Sequence record: NZ_CP041047.1
Reading direction: 5' to 3' (one strand)
Length of the DNA: 64,000 nt
Source of the DNA: a plasmid
The notes under the pieces were generated by a model. The model did no database searches. It was not told the DNA's origin and saw only the letters and a program-made list of their open reading frames with translations. A program made the position numbers and the translations under genes. The stretch's first letter is position 1. Each line of letters starts with the position of its first letter. Below are positions 1-10,231 of the stretch, in pieces.

Positions 1-290
1 GCCGTGACTTTGCGGCGGCAACAGGGCTGGTACCCCGACAGTACAGCACGGGAGGTCGGACGACATTGTTAGGGATTAGCAAGCGGGGCAACAAAAAGAT
101 CCGAACTTTGTTGGTTCAGTGTGCCAGGGTATTCATACAAAAACTGGAACACCAGTCTGGCAAGTTGGCCGACTGGGTCAGGGAGTTGTTGTGTCGGAAA
201 AGCAACTTTGTCGTCACCTGTGCTCTGGCAAACAAGCTGGCCAGAATAGCCTGGGCACTGACGGCGCGACAGCAAACTTACGAAGCATAA
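1..290 (+). pseudogene. IS110-family transposase, C-terminal fragment running off the window start
   Basis: Translation reads ...RDFAAATGLVPRQYSTGGRTTLLGISKRGNKKIRTLLVQCARVFIQK..., typical of IS110-family C-termini. It is homologous to the fragment at 44515-44781. Confidence 0.6.
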
Positions 291-471
291 AGGCAGAAAT
301 ACACCAGTTTAAACAATCATTCATCTGGTTTTGCGAATACTGATATTGATGATACTAACGGCCCACCGGCCTGTTGAGGAACCTGTAAAACGGAAAGGCT
401 CATTGAAGCCGTATATTTTCTGGAGGTTCATCAGGCGCGGAACTCATCGAGGCGCGGGAATAAAATCCCAT

Positions 472-1165
472 TCAGACGCCGGATAGATTCAAGCAAGCCA
501 ACTTGTCGTCAAAATCGGTGTTGCAAAAACGGGAGTGACCATAGATTCCGTTTTCTGAGACGACCCCTGATATGAGCAGGCTGTCGAGTGCTGATTTATG
601 CTGCTTTTCCAGTTGCGCGGTAAGTGTCGAAAATACCGATCTGTTAGCGAGCGTGACGACTTCGGCAAGCGTCCGTTCGATCACTTCAACAGAAGGGAAA
701 ATAACATTATTGTTATGTAGCCAGCTGAGCATTTCTTCCGCCAGCATAAATCCTTTGTCAGTTCGCATGGCATAGGGGTGCAGATGACGGATACAGTCTT
801 TTTTGCATTGACCGGCTGAACGGGGATAGCTCCAGGTAGCGATAAAGTTCGGTCAGATGTTCCCAGCGGGTTTGCTCTCTGGATGCATATTCCGGCCATA
901 AATCAGGCTGAAGTTTCAGTCGGGAAGCAACCCTGGATACAACGCCATTGTGAGGAGCACTGCTTTTGTCCGGAATAAATCCAGGTCCACGCAGATAACA
1001 GAGTAATACAGCAAAGCCCAGGCGATTCGCTGGCCTTCGGTGCTTATTAATGAGCGCAATATCCGGTTCGTTCAGAAAACACATTCGGGTCAGAATAATT
1101 TCATCATCTGGTATAACCAGTAAGCGTTCCTGCTCTTCGCTGCTCAGTATCTGTCGCCGTGGCAT
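472..1165 (-). pseudogene. tnpA: Tn3-family transposase TnpA, N-terminal remnant (frameshifted, truncated at ~472)
   Basis: ORFs 758-1165 (MPRRQILSSEEQERLLVIPDDE...ANRLGFAVLLCYLR) and 472-768 match the conserved Tn3-family TnpA N-terminus. They are in different frames and the rest of the gene is absent. Confidence 0.7.
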
Positions 1166-1324
1166 AAATGCCTCCCTCGCGTATAGTTTTCATCTGTTAT
1201 TTGTTCGCTGTGACCGAAACCGGTCGGTTTCGTACACCACTTACAGCACATGTCCGAAACTTAGTGAAATTAATTTCGGACACACGTTATAATTCGGACA
1301 TCCATTTCGTACGGAAAGTTTCCC
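1166..1324. promoter_or_regulatory. Putative res (resolution) site between divergent tnpA and tnpR
   Basis: Inverted repeats TGTCCGAAAC...TTTCGGACA and a repeated TTCGGACA half-site lie in the divergent tnpA-tnpR intergenic region, the usual place for Tn3-family res subsites. Confidence 0.45.
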
Positions 1325-1909
1325 ATGTCACGTGTTTTTGCCTACTGCAGGGTCTCAACTCTGGAACAGACCACAGAAAACCAGCGTCGTGAAATTGAAG
1401 CGGCGGGTTTTGCCATCAGATCCCAACGACTTATTGAGGAGCATATCAGTGGCTCGGTTGCTGCCAGCGAACGCCCCGGATTTATCCGGTTGCTAGATCG
1501 CATGGAAAATGGGGATGTACTGATTGTCACCAAACTTGACCGTCTGGGTCGTAATGCGATGGATATCCGAAAAACAGTAGAGCAACTGGCGGCTTTAGAT
1601 ATTCGCGTTCATTGTCTCGCACTCGGAGGCGTTGACTTGACCAGTCCGGCCGGAAAAATGACTATGCAGGTAATTTCTGCTGTAGCGGAGTTTGAGCGGG
1701 ATTTGCTGCTTGAGCGAACGTATTCAGGTATTGCGAGGGCAAAAGCGGCTGGAAAACGCTTCGGTCGCCCCCCCATCCTGAGCGAGGAACAAAAGCAAAC
1801 AGTGACAGAGCGCCTAAATGCTGGCATCAGTATCAGTGCTATTGCCCGGGAATTTAATACCACCCGCCAGACTATCCTTCGGGTAAAGGCTGGATTGCTG
1901 CAAGAGTGA
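1325..1909 (+). CDS. tnpR: Serine recombinase / resolvase TnpR
   Basis: 194 aa with the N-terminal catalytic-Ser motif ([10 protein letters not shown]), a resolvase fold and a C-terminal HTH. It is divergent from the tnpA remnant. Confidence 0.9.
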   Translation: MSRVFAYCRVSTLEQTTENQRREIEAAGFAIRSQRLIEEHISGSVAASERPGFIRLLDRMENGDVLIVTKLDRLGRNAMDIRKTVEQLAALDIRVHCLALGGVDLTSPAGKMTMQVISAVAEFERDLLLERTYSGIARAKAAGKRFGRPPILSEEQKQTVTERLNAGISISAIAREFNTTRQTILRVKAGLLQE

Positions 1910-2025
1910 GCGGCTGGGAAGATTATAAAAAAATCAAATGGTTATTATGAAATAAAACAGCCTGCTGGGTTCTTTTCCCCCTATTTTTTATAAAAGAGTA
2001 GACAAAAGAGGTTCGCGACACTAAT

Positions 2026-2044
2026 CTACCAACTAGATGATTGG
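2026..2044. promoter_or_regulatory. Putative TetR operator (motif CTACCAACTAGATGATTGG) upstream of osmC
   Basis: It is a near-identical copy of the motif at 4153-4171 and related to the palindrome at 2759-2780. Confidence 0.4.
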
Positions 2045-2093
2045 TGCTGGTTACACCAGCTATACCTTTTATCAAGAAATTACAGGAGCCATT

Positions 2094-2651
2094 ATGTCTA
2101 CTACCGTTAAACCTTCTGCAGACGCAGCTGCGATCCACAATACCCGTGAAGCAGTTCGCAGCCAGCCTGGCCTGGGTAACCTGACTTTCCAGATGAAAGC
2201 CCGTTCCAGCGGCGGATTAACCGTTCGCACAGAGACCGGCGCCACAATCCAGAACGGCGTTATCGATACCAGCCGTGTGGGGAAATTTTCTAATATCGGT
2301 GATGAACCCGCAGGTTTACTCGGCACCGATACCGGCATGAGCCCGACTGAATACATCATGCAGGCGCTGGCTGGCTGTTATACCGCCACCCTTACCATGA
2401 TGGCTGCTGAAAAAGGGATCGACCTGGACGGTATCGAGCTGGATCTTAATTTCGATATCAACCTCAACGGCTTCCTTGGGCTGGACAGCAACGTGCGTAA
2501 AGGTGCGAAATCTATTCGCGTCGATGTTCACCTTACGAGCAAGACCGCCAGTCGCGAGGAGTTAGAAGCGCTGGTCAGCGAAATGCAAAAGAATTCGCCA
2601 ATCCACGATACTCTGGCTAATCCGGTTGAAATGATTACACGCCTGGCGTGA
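2094..2651 (+). CDS. osmC: OsmC/Ohr family peroxiredoxin-like protein
   Basis: The family match is to OsmC-like proteins. A GGAG Shine-Dalgarno sits before the ATG at 2094; the ORF-track start at 2037 is probably too early. Confidence 0.75.
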   Translation: MSTTVKPSADAAAIHNTREAVRSQPGLGNLTFQMKARSSGGLTVRTETGATIQNGVIDTSRVGKFSNIGDEPAGLLGTDTGMSPTEYIMQALAGCYTATLTMMAAEKGIDLDGIELDLNFDINLNGFLGLDSNVRKGAKSIRVDVHLTSKTASREELEALVSEMQKNSPIHDTLANPVEMITRLA

Positions 2652-2758
2652 TGTCAGAGATGTAATGCTGCCATTCAGAATGCAGGATGGCAGTGACGTT
2701 CAGCTCTGCACGATACTGAGTCAGTGATACAACTTGCTACGGAAAAATAGCAACAATA

Positions 2759-2780
2759 TAATCTATCAACTAGTAGATTA
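2759..2780. promoter_or_regulatory. Palindromic operator TAATCTA-N8-TAGATTA upstream of the TetR gene
   Basis: A perfect 7 bp inverted repeat lies 13 bp upstream of the tetR-family start. Confidence 0.45.
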
Positions 2781-2792
2781 TATGGAGTAATT

Positions 2793-3374
2793 ATGACAAC
2801 CATGACACGGGAACGGCTGCTCAGCGAAGCAGAACACCTGATGCGCGAAAAAGGGTATTCAGTATTCAGCTATGCTGATTTATCAAAAATAGTGGGTATC
2901 ACCAAGGCCAGTATTCATCACCATTTCCCGACCAAAGATATTCTGGGTGAGCAGGTGGTAATACAGGCGTTCTCTGATACACAACGCGTATTTGAGCAGA
3001 TAGAGGCGACTGAGAAAAGCGCGGAGAGAAGAATTGCGGCTTACATCGATATCTTCGCGCAAAGCCATAAAGCTTCGCTACTGCCACTGTGTTGTGCGTT
3101 GTCAGCAGAGACCGCCAATCTGCCTCAGGCAATTACTGTACAGACATCACTTTATTTCGATATGCAAATCGAGTGGCTCACAAAAGTCGTCAGGGCGGGC
3201 ATGGAGTCAGGTGAGTTTTCATCCCATGCCGAACCATCAGATATTGCTTTGATGATCATTAATGTCTGTGAAGGCTCAAGCGTAGTGGCGCATGCAACGG
3301 CCAGACCCGAAGTCTTCGCCAACAGCCTTAAGTATATAAAACTGCTTCTTAATACCCCTCATTCAGGAGAATGA
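2793..3374 (+). CDS. TetR/AcrR family transcriptional regulator
   Basis: The N-terminal HTH (YADLSKIVGITKASIHHHFPTKD) is characteristic of the TetR family. Confidence 0.85.
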   Translation: MTTMTRERLLSEAEHLMREKGYSVFSYADLSKIVGITKASIHHHFPTKDILGEQVVIQAFSDTQRVFEQIEATEKSAERRIAAYIDIFAQSHKASLLPLCCALSAETANLPQAITVQTSLYFDMQIEWLTKVVRAGMESGEFSSHAEPSDIALMIINVCEGSSVVAHATARPEVFANSLKYIKLLLNTPHSGE

Positions 3375-3378
3375 CACT

Positions 3379-3717
3379 ATGCTGGACTGGAACAACTATC
3401 GCTCAGAGTTAATGCAACGTTTAGGCGAGTTGGGCAAACTGACCCCCGAGACCATGAAAGGCGTGGTTGCCCTGGGCAACGCAGGTAACAAAACTGACCT
3501 TTTGGGCGCAAAAGTGCGTGAACTCATTGCCCTGGCGTGCGCAGTCACAACCCGCTGCGACGGCTGTATTGCTTTTCACGCCGACGCCGCTGTGAAAGCC
3601 GGTGCAACCGACGCTGAAATTGCTGAAGCGCTGGGCGTGGCGATTAACCTCAACGCTGGCGCGGCGGTCATTCATTCAGCCCGCACTCTGGATGCCGTCG
3701 GTCAGGCACGCGGTTAA
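3379..3717 (+). CDS. Carboxymuconolactone decarboxylase / AhpD-like family protein
   Basis: 112 aa with a CxxC-type motif (TRCDGC) typical of the AhpD core. It is translationally coupled to tetR with a 4 bp gap. Confidence 0.7.
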   Translation: MLDWNNYRSELMQRLGELGKLTPETMKGVVALGNAGNKTDLLGAKVRELIALACAVTTRCDGCIAFHADAAVKAGATDAEIAEALGVAINLNAGAAVIHSARTLDAVGQARG

Positions 3718-3746
3718 GCATTAATAAATTCCACGTTAAAAGGGCA

Positions 3747-4079
3747 TTACTGCCCTTTTTTTATGTCCGCAATAGCCTGAGCATATACCGATGCAGGTTT
3801 CACACCCGGTATGCGTTTAACTAATTGCCCTTCATGAAATATCAGCACAGACGGCAGCCCCCAGATCTCGTATTTGGTTGTCAGCACCGGCGCCTGATCT
3901 ACATTGACTTTCCCCACCTGAATATCTCTATCGAGCCGGTCTGCAAACTGACTGAACATTTCTTCGCTGGCCTGACAGGGCGGACACCAGGGTGCAGAGA
4001 AACGTACCACCGATATTCCTTTGTACTGCTCTATCTGGCGGAAATTATCTTCGTTATAAGCTGTTAATGTACGCATGGT
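3747..4079 (-). CDS. Thioredoxin with an unusual WCPPC active site
   Basis: Thioredoxin fold with WCPPC in place of the canonical WCGPC. Likely start is MRTLTAYNE with a GAGG Shine-Dalgarno. Confidence 0.8.
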   Translation of the reverse strand, partial: TMRTLTAYNEDNFRQIEQYKGISVVRFSAPWCPPCQASEEMFSQFADRLDRDIQVGKVNVDQAPVLTTKYEIWGLPSVLIFHEGQLVKRIPGVKPASVYAQAIADIKKGQ

Positions 4080-4152
4080 GATGACCTCGCAAAATGAGTG
4101 ACAATTCAGGAATGGCTGCGTTATGACAAAAAAATACGACACACCCATTGAC

Positions 4153-4171
4153 CTACCTACTAGATGGTTGG
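4153..4171. promoter_or_regulatory. Putative TetR operator (CTACCTACTAGATGGTTGG) in the divergent thioredoxin/OYE promoter region
   Basis: 17 of 19 positions match the site at 2026-2044. Confidence 0.4.
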
Positions 4172-4289
4172 CATATTGCCACCCATCAGATGTTTATGCA
4201 ACTCCAGTGCGCGACGTCCAGTCGATGATACTGCCGGGCTGTGCAAATCCCTGCCGGGATACTCCTTTTTGTTTTTTGTGAGGTATACG

Positions 4290-5396
4290 ATGAGTAAGCT
4301 TTTCACCCCCTACAATCTGTCTGGCCTGGCGTTAAAAAACCGTGTAGTCATGGCACCGATGACCCGCACCCGCACCATGAATGACGTGCCGGATGAGGTC
4401 GTGGCTTTGTACTATGCACAGCGTGCTTCTGCTGGCCTGCTCATCACCGAAGGGATGCCGGTTTCAGAAGAAGGCCGGGGTTACCTTTATACCCCTGGTA
4501 TCTACAACGACGAACACGTCCAGGGCTGGCGTAAAGTGACACAAGCGGTTCACGCCAAAGGTGGCCGTATTTTCGCGCAGCTCTGGCACGTCGGCCGTAT
4601 GTCTCACGTCTCTCTTCAGCCAGGCCACATAGCGCCGGTTTCAGCGGGCACCGTTCAGGCGGTCAATACCACCGTTTTTGCGCTGACCGAATCCGGAGAA
4701 CCGGGCCCGGTTGTACCAAGCCAGCCACGCGCGCTGGAAACGCATGAAGTTAAACGCATCACTGCAGACTTCGTGCACTCCGCACGCCTGGCGATGGAAG
4801 CCGGCTTTGACGGCGTGGAAATCATGGCGGCAAACGGATTCATCTTTGACCAGTTCCTCAGTAGCGAACTGAACACCCGCACCGACGAATACGGCGGCTC
4901 GGTGGAAAATCGTCAGCGTTTCCTGCTGGAGACCATTGACGCCGTGGCGGAAGCCGTGGGTAACAGCCACGTTGCCGTGCGCCTGTCACCGTTCGGCCGC
5001 ATTTATGACCTCGCGCCGTATGAAGGTGAAGAGCAAACCTGGTCAGCCATCACCGACGCGCTCGGTCAGCGGGAACTGGCCTACGTACACCTTTACTATC
5101 AGCCGGTGTACACCAAAGCGCCACTTCCGGAAGGCTTCCGCCGCCGTTTTCGCAACACGTTTAAAGGCACCATCATCGCTGCCGGCGGTTTTACCCGTGA
5201 TATCGCAGAGCAGGCTCTGGAAGATGATGAGCTGGATCTGGTGGCATTTGGTGTGCCCTACATCGCTAACCCGGATCTGGTTGAAAGAATGCAAAACGGC
5301 TGGCCACTGGCAGAAAGTGACCGCGCCACCTACTACGGCGTCAGTGGTTCCCCGGAAAAAGGCTATACCGATTACCCGGTCTGGCAGGCGCAATAA
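4290..5396 (+). CDS. Old Yellow Enzyme family NADH:flavin oxidoreductase / alkene reductase (NemA-like)
   Basis: N-terminus MSKLFTPYNLSGLALKNRVVMAPMTRTR and the overall profile match OYE/NemA-like reductases. Confidence 0.85.
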   Translation: MSKLFTPYNLSGLALKNRVVMAPMTRTRTMNDVPDEVVALYYAQRASAGLLITEGMPVSEEGRGYLYTPGIYNDEHVQGWRKVTQAVHAKGGRIFAQLWHVGRMSHVSLQPGHIAPVSAGTVQAVNTTVFALTESGEPGPVVPSQPRALETHEVKRITADFVHSARLAMEAGFDGVEIMAANGFIFDQFLSSELNTRTDEYGGSVENRQRFLLETIDAVAEAVGNSHVAVRLSPFGRIYDLAPYEGEEQTWSAITDALGQRELAYVHLYYQPVYTKAPLPEGFRRRFRNTFKGTIIAAGGFTRDIAEQALEDDELDLVAFGVPYIANPDLVERMQNGWPLAESDRATYYGVSGSPEKGYTDYPVWQAQ

Positions 5397-5461
5397 ATCC
5401 CATACGGTCGCGGTTCTCTGATAAGTGAGAACCGACCGCCCAACGTCTTTGAGGAATCATT

Positions 5462-6163
5462 ATGCAAACGCTGAAACCCACCCTTACCATCGATATCTGG
5501 TCAGATTTGGTCTGCCCGTGGTGCTGGATTGCTAAAAAAAGATTTGAACAGGGTCTGAATCGCTTTGAATTTCGCGACCAGGTGGTGATCCGCCATCACA
5601 GCTACCGTCTGGCCGGTGGTACTCCCGCGATGCCTTTTAAGGATGCCATCGTTAAAAAGCTGGGCAGTCAGCATTCAGCGGAGCTGATGATGAATCAGGT
5701 GGGCACCGCCGGTAAATCTGAAGGTCTGATCTACAACTTCGACGGCATGATGTTTGGTGATACAGAAGATGCACACACCCTGCTGGTTGCCGCGCGTAAG
5801 GCCGGAATTGCGGACACGGTGGAAGAACGTTTTTATCATGGCAGTATCACCGAAGGTCGCTCTCTCTTTGACCGTCAGCAGCTCGTTGCCATGGCCGTAG
5901 AAGCCGGTATGCCGAAAGCTGACGCTGAAGCCGCCCTGGAAAATGACGATTTTCGCGCCACCGTTTCCGACGATGAAGCCCACGCACAGTCTATTGGCCT
6001 CAGCGGCGTTCCGGTTTTTGTGATGAACGAAAAATATGCCATCAGCGGGGCTCAGGCAGCAGATAACTTTTTGAATGCCCTGCGTCAGGTCTGGGATGAA
6101 CAGCAAACCGAATTTTCAGCCACTGCGGGTCAGACCTGCGGAACGGATGGCTGCAGTATTTAA
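5462..6163 (+). CDS. DsbA-family (FrnE-like) thiol-disulfide oxidoreductase
   Basis: CPWC active-site motif near the N-terminus (DLVCPWCW). Confidence 0.8.
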   Translation: MQTLKPTLTIDIWSDLVCPWCWIAKKRFEQGLNRFEFRDQVVIRHHSYRLAGGTPAMPFKDAIVKKLGSQHSAELMMNQVGTAGKSEGLIYNFDGMMFGDTEDAHTLLVAARKAGIADTVEERFYHGSITEGRSLFDRQQLVAMAVEAGMPKADAEAALENDDFRATVSDDEAHAQSIGLSGVPVFVMNEKYAISGAQAADNFLNALRQVWDEQQTEFSATAGQTCGTDGCSI

Positions 6164-6228
6164 TCCGTCAACCGCCGGCAGTTTCACGCTGCCGGCAACG
6201 TCTTACCCACCAGTAATGGAGTCAGAAA

Positions 6229-7002
6229 ATGAACACTTTTTTCAAAGGTAAAAAACTGCTCGTCGTCGGCGGTACCAGCGGCATGGGCCTGGCCGTGGCA
6301 CGCATGGTACTGGAAGCGGGCGGCAGTGTCGTGCTGACCGGGAATAAAAAAGACAAAGCCGAAGCGGTGCAAAAAGAACTGAGCCCTCTGGGACCGGTTG
6401 CGGTCATCGCGGCGAACCTGATGACCGAAGAAGGTATGGAAACTATCCGTCAGGAAATTAATGCTCACCATCACGATATCAGCCTGATGGTGAATGCCGC
6501 CGGTATCTTCATGCCCAAAGGATTTACCGAGCACAGCTTTGCCGATTATGACATGTATCTTTCGCTGAACCGAGCCACGTTCTTTATTACACAGGATGTC
6601 GTGAAGAACATGCTCGCCGCGAAGCTCGAAGGGTCTATCGTCAACGTCGGTTCGATTGGTGCTCAGGCTGCACTGGGTGACTCGCCGGCCTCGGCCTATT
6701 CAATGGCAAAAGCGGGTCTGCATGCCCTGACGCGTAATCTGGCGATTGAGCTGGCCAGCGCGGGTATTCGTGTCAACGCGGTGTCTCCCGGGATTGTTCA
6801 TACGCCGATATACGAAGGCTTCATGGACAAAGCGGATATCGCAGATGCTATGAAGTCGCTGAACGATTTCCACCCGCTGGGACGCGTCGGAACTGCCGAA
6901 GATGTGGCAAACACTATTCTCTTCCTGTTGTCTGACAAAACCTCATGGGTGACGGGCGCTATCTGGGATGTCGATGCGGGCATCATGGCGGTCAGACGAT
7001 AA
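6229..7002 (+). CDS. SDR family oxidoreductase
   Basis: Rossmann motif GGTSGMGLA and catalytic YxxxK (YSMAK). Confidence 0.85.
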   Translation: MNTFFKGKKLLVVGGTSGMGLAVARMVLEAGGSVVLTGNKKDKAEAVQKELSPLGPVAVIAANLMTEEGMETIRQEINAHHHDISLMVNAAGIFMPKGFTEHSFADYDMYLSLNRATFFITQDVVKNMLAAKLEGSIVNVGSIGAQAALGDSPASAYSMAKAGLHALTRNLAIELASAGIRVNAVSPGIVHTPIYEGFMDKADIADAMKSLNDFHPLGRVGTAEDVANTILFLLSDKTSWVTGAIWDVDAGIMAVRR

Positions 7003-7036
7003 CCCCGTGACGCTGGCATAAGCCGCCCCTTAAGGG

Positions 7037-7856
7037 GGCACTGTTGCAAATAGTCGGTGGTGATAAACTTATCATCCCCTTTTGCTGATGGAGCTGCACA
7101 TGAACCCATTCAAAGGCCGGCATTTTCAGCGTGACATCATTCTGTGGGCCGTACGCTGGTACTGCAAATACGGCATCAGTTACCGTGAGCTGCAGGAGAT
7201 GCTGGCTGAACGCGGAGTGAATGTCGATCACTCCACGATTTACCGCTGGGTTCAGCGTTATGCGCCTGAAATGGAAAAACGGCTGCGCTGGTACTGGCGT
7301 AACCCTTCCGATCTTTGCCCGTGGCACATGGATGAAACCTACGTGAAGGTCAATGGCCGCTGGGCGTATCTGTACCGGGCCGTCGACAGCCGGGGCCGCA
7401 CTGTCGATTTTTATCTCTCCTCCCGTCGTAACAGCAAAGCTGCATACCGGTTTCTGGGTAAAATCCTCAACAACGTGAAGAAGTGGCAGATCCCGCGATT
7501 CATCAACACGGATAAAGCGCCCGCCTATGGTCGCGCGCTTGCTCTGCTCAAACGCGAAGGCCGGTGCCCGTCTGACGTTGAACACCGACAGATTAAGTAC
7601 CGGAACAACGTGATTGAATGCGATCATGGCAAACTGAAACGGATAATCGGCGCCACGCTGGGATTTAAATCCATGAAGACGGCTTACGCCACCATCAAAG
7701 GTATTGAGGTGATGCGTGCACTACGCAAAGGCCAGGCCTCAGCATTTTATTATGGTGATCCCCTGGGCGAAATGCGCCTGGTAAGCAGAGTTTTTGAAAT
7801 GTAAGGCCTTTGAATAAGACAAAAGGCTGCCTCATCGCTAACTTTGCAACAGTGCC
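7037..7856 (+). mobile_element. IS26 (complete, 820 bp)
   Basis: 14 bp terminal inverted repeats GGCACTGTTGCAAA are present at both ends, and the element encodes the Tnp26 protein. Confidence 0.95.
7100..7804 (+). CDS. tnpA: IS26 transposase Tnp26
   Basis: MNPFKGRHFQRDIILWAVRWYCKYGISYRELQEM... matches the canonical 234 aa Tnp26. Confidence 0.95.
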   Translation: MNPFKGRHFQRDIILWAVRWYCKYGISYRELQEMLAERGVNVDHSTIYRWVQRYAPEMEKRLRWYWRNPSDLCPWHMDETYVKVNGRWAYLYRAVDSRGRTVDFYLSSRRNSKAAYRFLGKILNNVKKWQIPRFINTDKAPAYGRALALLKREGRCPSDVEHRQIKYRNNVIECDHGKLKRIIGATLGFKSMKTAYATIKGIEVMRALRKGQASAFYYGDPLGEMRLVSRVFEM

Positions 7857-7857
7857 C

Positions 7858-8955
7858 ACCGTTGAACGTCACATCCGGGGCAAATGGGCCTGCGACAGCT
7901 GCGAGACGTTGATCCAGGCACCGGTGCCACCGCAGGTGATCGACAAAGGCATCCCCACCGCTGGCCTGCTGGCCCAGGTGCTGGTGGCCAAGTATGCCGA
8001 CCATCTGCCGCTGTACCGTCAGGAACGCATGTTCGGCCGTGCCGGCCTGGAAATCCCGCGCTCCACCCTGGCCGAATGGGTGGGTGCCTGTGGTGTGCAG
8101 TTGCAGCCGCTGGTGGATGCGTTGAGAAATACTCTGCTGGAACACAGTGTTCTGCATGCCGATGAAACCCCGGTCAGCATGCTGGCCCCGGGCAAGAAGA
8201 AAACCCACAAGGCCTACGTCTGGGCCTACTGCACCACACCGTTTGCCGACCTGAAGGCAGCTATTTACGACTTCGCACCCAGCCGTGCAGGCGAACACGC
8301 CCGAACCTTCCTGGGTGACTGGCGGGGCAAGCTGGTCTGTGATGATTACGCTGGCTACAAGGCCGGGTTCGGCAACGGCATTACCGAAATCGGCTGTATG
8401 GCCCACGCCCGGCGCAAGTTCTATGACCTGCACGAGGCCAACAAGAGCGAATTGGCGGCCAAGGCCTTGGAATACATCGGTGGACTCTACGAGATCGAGC
8501 GGGAAACCAAAGATCTGCCACCGGATATGCGGCGGGAAATCCGGCAAACCAAAGCCAAACCCCTTGCCGATGCGCTGCATCAGTGGATGCTGGCCCATCG
8601 CCAGAAAGTGCCGGATGGCTCCGGCACGGCCAAAGCCCTGGATTACAGCCTCAAACGTTGGGAAGCGCTGACGCGCTACCTGGACGATGGCGCTGTGCCC
8701 ATCGACAACAACTGGGTGGAAAACCAGATCCGACCCTGGGCGCTGGGGCGCAGCAATTGGCTGTTTGCGGGTTCACTGCGCAGTGGTCAACGTGCGGCTG
8801 CGGTCATGACCCTAATACAGTCAGCGAAGCTGAATCGGCATGATCCCTATGCCTACCTGAAGGATGTGCTGACTCGCCTGCCGACACAGAAGAACAACGC
8901 CATCGACGAGCTATTGCCCCACAACTGGAAACCGGCCATACCTAACAAGGTGTAG
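7858..8955 (+). pseudogene. IS66-family transposase (TnpC), N-terminally truncated by IS26
   Basis: It has the CxxC zinc-finger (WACDSCE) and the conserved IS66 TnpC core and C-terminus (LNRHDPYAYLKDVLTRLP). The coding sequence begins abruptly at the IS26 right end. Confidence 0.8.
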
Positions 8956-9205
8956 GCCGGACGTGTATGGAGAGCCTTCTTCGAAAGCTGGACAAGGTGC
9001 CAACTCTAGACGGCAGGATATGCCCTGGGAGATCGATGAGAGAAAGAGGAGGCCATAAGTAGAAAATTTCCCAAGCGACTGGTGGCTCGCTAGGCATACG
9101 TGTCGTGTTACTCCTAAGTTATTAGACACACTAGATTTTCCGGGCTTTGCTGGGCTGCGGGTGTCGCAGGTGTATGCCGCACGGAGATCGCAGTTAAACC
9201 TGATA

Positions 9206-9769
9206 CTAGGCCGGCTCATGCACTAGCCGGATGTCGATTTCTCTGTCGACATACTTCCACTCCACCGAGGCCCGGAGTTCGGCCAAAAGCCTGTTAAAGC
9301 CCGGCTCATCAGACGGGGAATATTCGAACCACGTCAAGAAGTCGAAGGGTTCGCTCTCGCCCAGGTCCCGACAATGGTGGAGACGACGGGCCACAGCAGG
9401 GAGATATTGGAGCCCAATGTGAATGTGACGGGACTGCTCCTCAAAAATCTTCCGGCGTTCGTCTTGAGCCAGTCCCCACCATGAGGGGTTTTTCCGGATA
9501 GGGATCAGGGCGGCACAGGTGGCCTCTGCTCGACCCAAACTTGGCTGCTTCGCCACGAGACGATCCTTCTCTTCACGCACGACATAACGCTCGTTACTCG
9601 TTATCCCGCGAAGAAGCCATTTGGTGCCCAAAGGCTGCGGCGAAACAGAGCCAGCGGCTACGTCGAGCCGGGGGATTCCAGGGAGAGGGGCTCCCGCCAC
9701 GGCATCCATCCGAACAACGCGCCAAACACCCGTTTCTCCACCAGCGAACGTAAATAATCGTGTATTCAT
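9206..9769 (-). CDS. Chlorite dismutase / HemQ-family-like protein (tentative)
   Basis: The WWGL...ERR...H...G pattern and a C-terminal WKYV motif resemble the Cld/HemQ family. It lies in a high-GC segment. Confidence 0.35.
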   Translation of the reverse strand: MNTRLFTFAGGETGVWRVVRMDAVAGAPLPGIPRLDVAAGSVSPQPLGTKWLLRGITSNERYVVREEKDRLVAKQPSLGRAEATCAALIPIRKNPSWWGLAQDERRKIFEEQSRHIHIGLQYLPAVARRLHHCRDLGESEPFDFLTWFEYSPSDEPGFNRLLAELRASVEWKYVDREIDIRLVHEPA

Positions 9770-9792
9770 CAGTTTCCTCTCAGGCCTTTCGC

Positions 9793-10167
9793 CTATTTCT
9801 CAGCCAACGCAAAACCGGCATTGCCCGGCGCAACCACTGAAACAAATATAAAAGGTTCGGGGCCAGAGTTCATTGCACCATGTACCTGCCCAGGTTTTGC
9901 GATCGCAATATCTCCAGCTTTAAGATGAGTGACTATGCCGTTACCTTGATGATATTCGGCTTCACCTGAGATAACCGTCCAAGTATCTTGGCCGTGAGGA
10001 TGTACATGGGAAGCTATTTCCTGCCCAGGGTGGGCGTGCCAAACAACGACGACAGAGTCATTGGTTTCCAGAACAACCGAACGAATCGGTTCGCCGTTAG
10101 ACGGACGAACATATTCATCCACCGAAAAAATCCGCGATTCAGTTTCTGCTCTCATGTTCACACCCAT
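9793..10167 (-). CDS. Cupin domain protein
   Basis: Two His-containing cupin motifs (HAHPGQEIASHVHPHGQDTW ... PGQVHGAMN). Confidence 0.7.
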   Translation of the reverse strand: MGVNMRAETESRIFSVDEYVRPSNGEPIRSVVLETNDSVVVVWHAHPGQEIASHVHPHGQDTWTVISGEAEYHQGNGIVTHLKAGDIAIAKPGQVHGAMNSGPEPFIFVSVVAPGNAGFALAEK

Positions 10168-10231
10168 TTAAAACTGATTGGACACGTACTCTAAACGCAA
10201 CTGCGCCTGGACAGCACATGAAGATATGTAC

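Noticed and set aside
6992-7627. Long antisense ORFs inside IS26 copies (for example 6992-7627, 11989-12774, 12886-13515, 52673-53527) and inside IS5 (14885-15151, 15172-15540).
   Set aside because: They are reverse-strand shadows of known transposase genes. The same artefacts recur in every IS copy, and several read through IS boundaries.
7884-8843. GC-rich ORFs overlapping the IS66-family transposase (7884-8165, 8285-8671, 8583-8843 and 7750-8598 on the minus strand).
   Set aside because: They are out-of-frame ORFs typical of high-GC DNA with no start context, and the IS66 TnpC frame explains the region.
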